From Myxococcales bacterium (GTDB lineage: Bacteria; Myxococcota_A; UBA9042; JABWCM01; BTVJ01), in assembly GCA_045863395.1 (NCBI GenBank), contig BTVJ01000008.1, positions 1 through 64,000 on the forward strand: 64,000 bases of DNA, given 5' to 3'. The position numbers and the translations under genes were made by a program. Below the pieces are notes generated by a model that ran no database searches, was not told where the DNA came from, and saw nothing but the letters and a program-made list of their open reading frames with translations. The stretch's first letter is position 1, and every line of letters starts with the position of its first letter. Positions 10,992 to 19,004 of this stretch are shown piece after piece.

Positions 10992-12806
10992 TCAACGTTT
11001 GTTTTCGTCGCCCGACGGGAGCAGCGCTGCCCGGTAGGTGCGCAGGGCGGGCGCCGTGTCTCCGTGGGCGGCCAGATCGTTGCCGTGCTGGATGCACACG
11101 GCGGGGTCGGGGCAGGTGGGCTGGCGCTCTCGGGCCTCGCGCAGGCGGCGGGCGACCGGGCTCTGGTCGGGGGGCACCCAGAGGTCCTGGAGCCAGCGGG
11201 CCATGTCCGCCTTCTCCTTGGTCCACGGCTGTTGCGGGAGTGTGAGGCCCACGACGATGGCGGTGGCGAGCAGGGCGGCGACGGCGGCGCGGGAGAGGCG
11301 GGCGATGGCGCTCCCCATGATGGGGCCCGCCAGGGCGACCAGGGCCAGCGCGGCGGCGATGAGCAGGAGCGGGGCGACGCTGGCGAGGCCGTGCAGCCCG
11401 AGGAGGTTGCCGGCGTTGCGGGCCACCCAGCCGTCGCGGACCATGGGCAAGGCGAGCTCGACGAAGGGGTTGAAGAACTCGAAGGGGAAGCCCTGGCTGA
11501 CCAGCGAGCAGGTGAAGGTCACGAAGACCGAGGCCGCGACGGAGGCGCCCAGGAGGATGGCCGTGGGGCGGGGGGCGCGGACGGACAGGCGTGACGCGGC
11601 GACGGCGATGGCGAAGGCGGCGAAGGGGACGAAGCCCACGATGTAGCGGGGCCCGAGGGTCCAGCCGCCGCGCCACAGGCTGTGGCAGGTGATGAAGATC
11701 GTATAGAGGAGCGCCACGGACAGGGCGGTCACCACCTCGGCGCGGGCGGGGTCCGGGGCGCGCCGGATCAGTCGCCAGGCGGTGAAGGCCGCGGCGGGCA
11801 GGATCAGGGCCATCCAGGGCGAGAAGAAGAACATGCCGTTGAAGGGCACGAAGAAGCTGCCCCAGAAGGCCTCCAGGGTCGGCGCGTGGAGCCCCATGAA
11901 GCCGGGGGCGATGTCGCGGACGAAGCCCGGGTTCTCCAAGGTGGTGTAGGGGGTGTGCCAGGCGGCGCCGAAGGCCACGTGGTGGAAGGCGGCGACCCCG
12001 ATGACCGGCGGCAGGCCGCCCGCGGCGAAGGCGACGAGACCGCGGATGCCGGGGCGGGCCATGGCAGCGAAGATCAGCACGGGGAGGGTCATCAGCAGGG
12101 TCGGGTACTCGAAGGCGACGGACGCGGCGACCAGGAAGCCCGAGGCGGCGAACCGCCAGACCGGGGGGCGCCCGGACACGAGGGCGAAGGCCCCGAACAG
12201 CGCGATGGAGGCGGGCACGTGGCCCGCGAACATCATGCCGTAGGTCAGGTGCATGGTCCCGAGGCCGAGGCCGATGACGGCGGTGTTGCGGATCCACCGC
12301 TCGGGCACGAAGCGCCCGAGGAAGGCGTAGAACAGCCACAGGAAGGCGATGGCCGGCAGCGCGACGGCGAGGCGCAGCCACCAGATGGTCGCGTCCTTCG
12401 ACAGGGGCTTGTCCAGCGTGGCGTAGGCGGCCTTGACGGCGGCGTAGACCGGCACGCCCAGGTAGGACGTGCCTGGGGCTTTTGCAGAATAGAGCAGCCC
12501 GGAGCAGTCCGGGGGCCGCTGCGAGGGGTCCGCGCAGGTCAGGGCCTTGTCGTTGACATAACCCAGCTCCTCGTAGACGGAGCCCCCGTCCTGGTTTCTC
12601 CCCTGGACCCGCGTGCGCACCCCGATGGCCATGGTGCCGTGGTCCACCATGGCGCGGGTCATGTACATGCGCACGTTCTCGTTGGGGTTGTTGATGCGCG
12701 GCCAGTAGGGGAACAGCCACAGCATGGCGACGCTGAGGGCGCCGAGGATGGCGGTGCCGGAGGGGTTCCGGCGCAGACGGGCGGCGAGGCGACGGAGCGC
12801 GCTCAT
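10992..12806 (-). CDS. polytopic membrane protein, probable GT-C (PMT/ArnT-like) glycosyltransferase
   Basis: About 12 hydrophobic segments, loop motif YSAKAPGTS, WRGGWTLGPRY. Confidence 0.6.
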   Translation of the reverse strand: MSALRRLAARLRRNPSGTAILGALSVAMLWLFPYWPRINNPNENVRMYMTRAMVDHGTMAIGVRTRVQGRNQDGGSVYEELGYVNDKALTCADPSQRPPDCSGLLYSAKAPGTSYLGVPVYAAVKAAYATLDKPLSKDATIWWLRLAVALPAIAFLWLFYAFLGRFVPERWIRNTAVIGLGLGTMHLTYGMMFAGHVPASIALFGAFALVSGRPPVWRFAASGFLVAASVAFEYPTLLMTLPVLIFAAMARPGIRGLVAFAAGGLPPVIGVAAFHHVAFGAAWHTPYTTLENPGFVRDIAPGFMGLHAPTLEAFWGSFFVPFNGMFFFSPWMALILPAAAFTAWRLIRRAPDPARAEVVTALSVALLYTIFITCHSLWRGGWTLGPRYIVGFVPFAAFAIAVAASRLSVRAPRPTAILLGASVAASVFVTFTCSLVSQGFPFEFFNPFVELALPMVRDGWVARNAGNLLGLHGLASVAPLLLIAAALALVALAGPIMGSAIARLSRAAVAALLATAIVVGLTLPQQPWTKEKADMARWLQDLWVPPDQSPVARRLREARERQPTCPDPAVCIQHGNDLAAHGDTAPALRTYRAALLPSGDENKR

Positions 12807-13177
12807 GGGTTGCCCCCGGGCCAGTGGTGCACCTCCAGGGGGCCGACGGTGGCCCGCGAGGAGGCGCCGAGGGCGGAGTCCAGGGCGCGGAAGCTGCCGG
12901 GGAGGGGCTCGGCAGAGACCACCCAGACCCCGGGGAAGCGCCGCGCCTCGTGGAGGGGCGCACCGGCGACCACCGGCAGCCCGGCGAAGGCGCGCACCTC
13001 CCGGAAGTGGAAGCTCGGGTGGAGGACGACCAGCTCCCCCGGCGCGATGCGCTCCCGCACGTGGGCGGCGGCGTCACCCCACGGGTCCCGGTCGAGGCGC
13101 CACAGGACGAGGGCGACGGCCAGCCCGAGGGCGATGACGGCGACGGCGATGTGGACGGCGGCCTGCCGTGCTCCCAT
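12803..13177 (-). CDS. hypothetical membrane-anchored protein
   Basis: N-terminal TM; ATGA overlap with the downstream gene. Confidence 0.65.
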   Translation of the reverse strand: MGARQAAVHIAVAVIALGLAVALVLWRLDRDPWGDAAAHVRERIAPGELVVLHPSFHFREVRAFAGLPVVAGAPLHEARRFPGVWVVSAEPLPGSFRALDSALGASSRATVGPLEVHHWPGGNP

Positions 13178-13240
13178 GGGACCTCCGCGGGTGGCGCGAA
13201 GGTAACGGATGGCGGGGGCACGATCAACTGAGAGGGGTCA

Positions 13241-13310
13241 GCTCCCGGCGGTCCGCTCCCGGCGGTCCGCTCTCGGCGGTCCGCTCTCGGCGGTCCGCTC
13301 TCGGCGGTCC
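13241..13310. repeat. tandem repeat, 5 x 14 bp (GCTCYCGGCGGTCC)
   Basis: Read directly: two copies with C and three with T at position 5; no spacers. Confidence 0.95.
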
Positions 13311-13367
13311 GTCGTCCTCTGAAGGCTGACCGCTGGTGGGTCTTGTCCTCGCCCGTCGTTCGGTATA

Positions 13368-13383
13368 CGATACGGGTGTTCAG
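13368..13383 (+). promoter_or_regulatory. putative Myxococcus-type LexA (SOS) box CGATACGGGTGTTCAG
   Basis: Close match to CTRHAMRYBYGTTCAG immediately upstream of the imuA RBS; GTTCRGTATA also occurs twice, 20 bp apart. Confidence 0.6.
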
Positions 13384-13396
13384 TATAGGAGGATCC

Positions 13397-14257
13397 ATGC
13401 AGCAAGCACGTGAGGAGGAGCGGAGCGCGCGCATCCAGGCGCTGCGGGGCATGCTGCAGCAGATGGAGCGGGCGGCCACGGAGCGCACGCGGGCGCCGGT
13501 GGTGCCGACGGGGGTCGGCGGGCTCGACGCGCTGCTGCCCCACGGGGGCTTCCCGTGTGGGGAGGTGTGCGAGATCACGGGGCCGGAGGGGGGCGGGCGC
13601 ATGACCGTCGCGCTGCTGGCGGCAGTGGCGGCGACGCGGGCGGGGCGCATCGCCGCGGTGGTGGACGCGGGGGGGCGGCTCTACCCGCCGGCGGTGGCGG
13701 CGCTCGGGGTGGAGCTCGCGCGGCTGTGCGTCGTGCGACCGCCAGCCGGGGAGCGGGCGGCGTGGGCGGCGGAGCAGCTCGCCCGCAGCGGGTGCTTCCA
13801 GGTGGTGGTCTTCGATCCGCTGCACCGGGTGACGGAGACCCAGGCGGAGCGCCTGCGCCGCGCCGCGACCAGCGGCGGGACGGCGCTGCTGGTGATCGGG
13901 CGGGCGGAGATCGGCGGCTGGGCGGCCCTGCCGTCGTCGGTGCGCCTCGGGGTGCGGCCGGAGCCGGGTGGCCTCGCGGTGACGGTGCTGCGGGCGCGGG
14001 GGGCGGCGCCCGGCGCGACGGCGCTCCTCGCGGCGGGCGAGGGCGGGGGAGGGCGCGAGGCGCCGGGAGCGCCAGGGACGAGCGGCACGGGGGCGTCCGC
14101 AGAGGGCGCGGGAGGGCGCGCAGAGGCAGAGAGCAGGGCGAGGTTCAGCGGGGGCCGAGGCGCACAGAGGCCGGTGCGCGGCGGGGCTGATGCCGGGAGC
14201 GTCGCGCCGGCCAGGGCGCTGGAGCAGGTGCCATGGGCCGGCGCGTCCTGTGCGTGA
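13397..14257 (+). CDS. imuA: ImuA, RecA-like mutagenesis accessory protein
   Basis: PTGVGGLDALLPHGGFP, degenerate Walker A GPEGGGRMT, WAAEQLARSG; upstream of imuB. Confidence 0.85.
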   Translation: MQQAREEERSARIQALRGMLQQMERAATERTRAPVVPTGVGGLDALLPHGGFPCGEVCEITGPEGGGRMTVALLAAVAATRAGRIAAVVDAGGRLYPPAVAALGVELARLCVVRPPAGERAAWAAEQLARSGCFQVVVFDPLHRVTETQAERLRRAATSGGTALLVIGRAEIGGWAALPSSVRLGVRPEPGGLAVTVLRARGAAPGATALLAAGEGGGGREAPGAPGTSGTGASAEGAGGRAEAESRARFSGGRGAQRPVRGGADAGSVAPARALEQVPWAGASCA

Positions 14258-15945
14258 GCCTCCCGGCTCTGCGGTTGGAGCGCCTGTGGTCGGAGCGCCC
14301 GGGGCTCCAGGGCCTGCCCCTCGTGCTCTACGAGGCCCGGGGCAACCACGAGATCGTCGTGGCTGCCTCCCCCGAGGCCGCCGCCGAGGGCGTGCTCGCC
14401 GGGCTGACCGTCACCCAGGCGCGGGCGCGCTGCGAGGCGCTCCGGGCCGTGGAGGTGGACGGCGAGGCGGACGCCCGGGCGCTCTGCCGGGCCGCTGAGG
14501 CGCTGCTGGCGCTCAGCCCGACGGTGGCCCTCGACCCGCCAGCGCTGCTGGCGGAGGTCGGGGACACGGCCCACCTCTTCGGCGGCGAGGAGGGCGCAGG
14601 GGCCGAGGCCGTGCACGTCCTGGCCGCGCTGGGTCATCTGGCGCAGGTGGCGGTGGCGGACGGCCCCGACGTGGCCTGGGCCGTGGCCCAGGCGGCCTCA
14701 GAGGGCCTCGGCGCGAGCGAGGCGCCGGCCTCGGCGGCCAGGGTGCAGGGGGAGCCGGCGGGCGCCTCGGTGGGCGGGGAGCCGGTGGGCACATTGATGG
14801 CCAGGATGCCGGGGGAGCCGACGGGCGGAGGCGCCGTCCTGGGTGCTCGGCGGATCAGAGCCCGCGTCGCGACGAGCAGGCCCGGTCTACCGCGACCGCC
14901 AGGGAGGGGCGCCCTCGCCCGGGTCTCCGTCGTGGAGCCGGGGCAGGGCAGGGCGGCGGTGGCGGCGCTGCCCGTGGCGCTGCTCCGGGCGCCCGCGGCG
15001 CTCGTGGACCAGCTCCGCCTCGTCGGGGTGCGCACGGCGGGGCAGCTCGCCGCGCTGCCACGCCCCTCGGTGTTGCGCCGCTTCGGGGCCGCGGGCGAGC
15101 GGGCGTGGCGCATCGCCAGCGGCGACGACGACCGGACCCTCGACGCCTTCCACCCGGACGAGCCCATCGTCGAGCGCGCGGAGCTGGAGTCCCCATGCGA
15201 GAGCCTGGAGCCCCTGGCGTTCGTGCTCAAGGGCCTGCTCGACCGGGCCCACGCCCGCATGGCCGGGCGTGGCGTCGCCGCGCTGCGCCTCGTGCTGACC
15301 CTCGGCCTCGACGGCGCGGACGACCACGAGGAGGAGGTGACCCTCGCGCGGCCGCTCCGCGCTGCCCCGACCCTGCTCGCCATTGCGCGCGAGCGGCTGG
15401 CGTCGGTGCAGCTCGAGGCGCCCGTCCTCCAGCTCTCCCTGCGGGTGGCCGAGGCAGCCTCCTTCCGGGGGCTCCAGCTCGACCTGCTCACCCCGCGGGA
15501 GACGGGCGTCGAGAGCCTCGACGAGCTGCTCGCCCGCCTGACCGGCGCCTTCGGGGTGGACGCGGTCTTCGCCCCGTCCCTCGCCGACCGCTGGCGCCCC
15601 GAGGGGGCCTGGGCCCGCGGCGCCTTCACGGGGGCGTCGCCGCGTGCCTCCCGCGCCGCGCCCCGCACCCGCCCTCCCGCCCGCCCTCCCGCCTCGCTCC
15701 CCCTGGCGCTCCTGCCGGTGCCCGAGCCCATCGTGTGGGACTCCCGGGGGGGCCGCGGCCTCGTGCGCGGCGCCCGCTGGCAGGCGGTGGAGGCGGTCCT
15801 GGGCCCGGAGCGCCTCGCCGGCGAGTGGTGGGGCGCCCCCTTCGACCGGGACTACTGGGTCGTCCGCCTCGGCGACGGGGCGCGGTGGTGGATCTTCCGC
15901 GACCGCCAGAGCGGGGAGTGGCGCCTCCACGGTGTATTCGAGTAG
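14233..15945 (+). CDS. imuB: ImuB, catalytically inactive Y-family polymerase homolog
   Basis: Y-family-like N-terminus lacking acidic catalytic residues, QLDLL clamp-binding-like motif, C-terminal GPERLAGEWW...RDYW...WWIFR...W.LHG. Confidence 0.9.
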   Translation: MGRRVLCVSLPALRLERLWSERPGLQGLPLVLYEARGNHEIVVAASPEAAAEGVLAGLTVTQARARCEALRAVEVDGEADARALCRAAEALLALSPTVALDPPALLAEVGDTAHLFGGEEGAGAEAVHVLAALGHLAQVAVADGPDVAWAVAQAASEGLGASEAPASAARVQGEPAGASVGGEPVGTLMARMPGEPTGGGAVLGARRIRARVATSRPGLPRPPGRGALARVSVVEPGQGRAAVAALPVALLRAPAALVDQLRLVGVRTAGQLAALPRPSVLRRFGAAGERAWRIASGDDDRTLDAFHPDEPIVERAELESPCESLEPLAFVLKGLLDRAHARMAGRGVAALRLVLTLGLDGADDHEEEVTLARPLRAAPTLLAIARERLASVQLEAPVLQLSLRVAEAASFRGLQLDLLTPRETGVESLDELLARLTGAFGVDAVFAPSLADRWRPEGAWARGAFTGASPRASRAAPRTRPPARPPASLPLALLPVPEPIVWDSRGGRGLVRGARWQAVEAVLGPERLAGEWWGAPFDRDYWVVRLGDGARWWIFRDRQSGEWRLHGVFE

Positions 15946-15977
15946 AAAGAGCCACTCTCAGCCACCCCGAGGTCACC

Positions 15978-16952
15978 GTGACGCCGATCCTCTGCATCGC
16001 CCCCCACGCCATCGTGCCCACCGACGACGCCGTCCTGGCCCTCCTCCGCCCCGAGCTGCGCGACGACCCGCGCGTGCAGGCGGAGGCCCGCGAGTGGGAG
16101 GAGGCGGGCGTCATCGAGGCCCGCGACGCCTTCATCGAGGCGTCTGGCGCCCTGACCGCCCCGGTGCCGACCCTGCCCCGGTGGATCTGCGACCTCAACC
16201 GCCCCTGGGAGGGCACCGGCGAGACCCTCCTCGGCAAGCCGGCGGTCCCCCTGCCCATCCGGCCCTGGCTCCGTGACGGGGCCCTCGAGGAGATCCACGC
16301 CATCTACCGCGCCGATCTGACGGCGGTGCGCCGCCTGACGGGCGCCACCCTCGTCGAGCCCCACAGCTACGGCGCCCTCGGCTCCACCTTCGACCAGGCG
16401 GGCAGAGGCCGTCCGGTGGCCCGCCCCGCCACCGCGCTCATCGTGGGCGCCCCCTGGCGCACCGCCCACCCGACCGGCCTGGCCCGGCTGATCCCCCCGA
16501 CCCTGGACGCCACCCCCTGGGGCCTCCAGGTCGCCGTCGGAGACGCCCTGGACGCCGCCGGCCTCACGCCCGGTCTCAACCCCTACGGCACGCTCCTGCC
16601 TTGGGGCCTCTCGACCCGGGCGCTGGCCACCGCATGGTTCCGCTTCCTCGCCGCGGAGGGGGAGCTGCCGCAGGCCACAGCGCAGCACCTCGAGGACCAG
16701 GCCTGGAGCGACTCCCCGGCTGCGGACCCAGCCCCGACCCTCCCCGGCACGGCGGCCCTCATCGACCGCCTGGAGCGCTGGGGCCACGACTCTGCAACCC
16801 TCGCCGACCGCTTCCGCGCCTCCACCCCGGCCGTCGTCCTGGTCGCAGAGCTGCGCGAGGACCTGGCCCGCGCAGGCCGCGCCGCAGACTTCGGCCGCGC
16901 CCTCGCGAGCGGCGTCCTCCGCCATGGGAGGGAGTGCTCACGTGGCGTGTAG
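15978..16952 (+). CDS. hypothetical protein, N-formylglutamate amidohydrolase-like
   Basis: IAPHA...PRWICDLNRP...VEPHSY resemble FGase PH / DLNR / HS motifs. Confidence 0.55.
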   Translation: MTPILCIAPHAIVPTDDAVLALLRPELRDDPRVQAEAREWEEAGVIEARDAFIEASGALTAPVPTLPRWICDLNRPWEGTGETLLGKPAVPLPIRPWLRDGALEEIHAIYRADLTAVRRLTGATLVEPHSYGALGSTFDQAGRGRPVARPATALIVGAPWRTAHPTGLARLIPPTLDATPWGLQVAVGDALDAAGLTPGLNPYGTLLPWGLSTRALATAWFRFLAAEGELPQATAQHLEDQAWSDSPAADPAPTLPGTAALIDRLERWGHDSATLADRFRASTPAVVLVAELREDLARAGRAADFGRALASGVLRHGRECSRGV

Positions 16953-16979
16953 TGCCTGGGTGCGGATCGTGTGGCGTGA

Positions 16980-17143
16980 CAGGGTCAGCAACACATAGCT
17001 GCACGCCCCCCATGGCCGCCTTCGGGCGGCTCGGCCCCGCCCAACCCCGGGAGGTACTCGAAGTACATCCGCGGGGTTGGCCGAGGCCGATCCGCCGCGA
17101 ACTCGGCGCATGAGGGCCGCGCCCATAGTTGTTGCTGACCCTG
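16980..17143. mobile_element. 164-bp MITE-like palindromic element
   Basis: Perfect 14-bp TIR CAGGGTCAGCAACA / TGTTGCTGACCCTG, TGA on both flanks, imperfect palindrome throughout centred on GTAC-TCGAA-GTAC. Confidence 0.8.
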
Positions 17144-17203
17144 TGATTGCGGCCGTGGGCTCCCAGGTATAATTTCGACTCCTGGACACGTAGAGCGAGC
17201 CGC

Positions 17204-17464
17204 ATGAAGTTCGAGTACGATGACCGCAAGAGCGCTGCCAACAAGAGCAAGCATGGAATCGACTTCATCGAGGCTCAGGTCCTGTGGCTCGATCCCAAGA
17301 GGATCGAGATCCAGGCGAGAACCGAGGATGAGAGTAGATTCCTGGTCGTTGGCATCATCGACACCAGGCACTGGTCCGCGATCATCACGTACCGAGGCGC
17401 AGCCGTGCGGGTCATCTCCGTGAGGCGGGCCCGTTCCGAGGAGGTGGCTCTCTATGAAGGCTGA
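17204..17464 (+). CDS. brnT: BrnT-family type II toxin (ribonuclease)
   Basis: MKFEYDDRKSAANKSKHGIDF...ESRFLVVG...RVISVRRAR. Confidence 0.93.
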   Translation: MKFEYDDRKSAANKSKHGIDFIEAQVLWLDPKRIEIQARTEDESRFLVVGIIDTRHWSAIITYRGAAVRVISVRRARSEEVALYEG

Positions 17465-17681
17465 AGAGCTGGACCGCAGCTTCGACGAGGGAAGTGACGT
17501 GACGGGCGCCCTGGACCTCAAGAGCCTCCGGCGTCCAGGTGAGGTCCAGCGCCGCGTCAACGTGGACTTCCCGGCTTGGATGATCGCGTCACTGGACAAG
17601 GAGGCCCGACGCCTTGGGGTGACGCGGCAGTCCATCATCAAGGTGTGGATTGCGGAGCGGCTGGACCGCCAAGCATCCTGA
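17454..17681 (+). CDS. brnA: BrnA/CopG-type ribbon-helix-helix antitoxin
   Basis: Overlaps the toxin gene; RRVNVDFPAWMIASLDKEARRLGVTRQSIIKVWIAERL. Confidence 0.9.
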   Translation: MKAEELDRSFDEGSDVTGALDLKSLRRPGEVQRRVNVDFPAWMIASLDKEARRLGVTRQSIIKVWIAERLDRQAS

Positions 17682-17742
17682 CCAGCCGGTCCGGGACTCC
17701 TGGCGACAACGCCCGCCGCTCACGCGACGCACCGGAGGGGGG

Positions 17743-18312
17743 CTACTTGCCCGCGTTGCAGGCGCCCTTCGTCTTGCACTTGCAGTTGGCGTTGTGGTAG
17801 GCGACCGGGTCGTGAGCGCTCCAGGAGCCCTCGATCTTCTGGCACCACGGGCAGAAGACCTTGTCGCCGTTGCCCGTGTGCAGCCAGCCGTGCTCGATCA
17901 TGTTCTCCATCACCGCCGGCCCTGTCTTGCCCGTCCAGCCGTGCTTGACGAAGGTCGCCTTGCGGTACTCGATGGTCTTCGGGTAGCTCTCGTTCTGGAA
18001 GACGCAGCCGGCGTTGTGGTACTGGGCCGGGTTGTGGCTGCTCCAGCCGCCCTCCGTCCGGTCGCAGACGTCGCAGTGGACGTTGTCCCCGTTGCCCGTG
18101 TGCTTCCAGTTGAACAGGGCCATGTTGTGCTTCTCAGCGGGGCCCGTGCCCTTCCAGGCGTGGCTCTCCAGGAGCTTCAGCAGGTCCCAGAAGCTGGTCT
18201 TGCCCTGGGTGACGGACTGCGCGGCGCTCGTGCCCTGGCCGGCCAGCACGAGGCCGAGGGCCAGGGCCAGGGCCAGGGGGACGAGGCGACGGGACATGGT
18301 CAGGGTTCTCAT
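17743..18312 (-). CDS. predicted secreted protein with two tandem BIR-like (C-x2-C-x15-H-x3-C) domains, 189 aa
   Basis: AAGGAG RBS, signal peptide, 74-aa internal repeat W.HTGNGD.V.C..C....G.WS.H.P..YH...C. Confidence 0.8.
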   Translation of the reverse strand: MRTLTMSRRLVPLALALALGLVLAGQGTSAAQSVTQGKTSFWDLLKLLESHAWKGTGPAEKHNMALFNWKHTGNGDNVHCDVCDRTEGGWSSHNPAQYHNAGCVFQNESYPKTIEYRKATFVKHGWTGKTGPAVMENMIEHGWLHTGNGDKVFCPWCQKIEGSWSAHDPVAYHNANCKCKTKGACNAGK

Positions 18313-18418
18313 GATCGCTCCTTTGGCGCGGTCGAGCCGACCTGCGCCCGCACGTTGAGATGAAGGGTCGAGCCGCGGCAACGGCGCTGCGGTGAACCGA
18401 TCTGCTCCTCGGAGGCCG

Positions 18419-18446
18419 ACCATATCTGAAGCCCCACCCTTGTCAA
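18419..18446 (-). promoter_or_regulatory. putative sigma-70 promoter of the BIR-like gene (TTGACA-N16-TATGGT)
   Basis: Consensus -35 and plausible -10 about 105 bp upstream of the start. Confidence 0.5.
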
Positions 18447-19004
18447 TCGTGCTCCGAGCACAGGGCTGGATCCGTTGCCTGTCCTGGCGCGCACGGATCG
18501 AGCTGCCGCCGCCGTGCTGCTTCCTGGACCGTCTCGCAGAGCCGCAGCAACCGGAAGCGCCCTCCTCCGGATCCATGTCGTTGACGCCCGGGACCACCCG
18601 TCTTCATTGACAGCGTTGGCGCGGGGTGGCGGAAGGAGCCGTCCGGAATAGCCCCGCGCGGAGCGCTCGTTGTGACTTTCGTATGGGGTGCTCGTCCCGC
18701 GGCGTGATGGAGATCGCCGCGCGGGTCTGGGGCAGGCATCCTGACTGCGACCACGCGGAACGTGAGCCAGCGCGGCGCGAGCGGCATGAGGGTCACCGCA
18801 AACCGGCCCGAGGCGCTCGCACCACCCGAGAGGGTGGACTGAAGGAGGCACCGAGCCAGGCAACATTTCGCGGGCAACGGTCTTGGCCGGCTGCGCTTGT
18901 CGCGCTGCTGGCGGCCTGCCCGGACAACGAGACGACGCACCCCGCGGTGTGGAGCGACGGCTTGGCCACGATGGCCCGGCCGAGGCCCAAGATCGGGGTG
19001 ACCC

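Noticed and set aside
13241..13310. Possible CRISPR array
   Set aside because: Units are contiguous 14-mers with no spacers, and no cas genes are present
10000..13650. 1216-aa ORF in the track
   Set aside because: Only the last 282 codons, after an RBS at 10848, look coding; the rest is an off-frame shadow of the 10992-13177 genes
13397..14257. recA
   Set aside because: Walker A lacks the Lys, the protein is short and divergent, and it sits directly upstream of imuB
17743..18312. Multiheme cytochrome c
   Set aside because: The CxxC motifs (CDVCD, CPWCQ) are not followed by His
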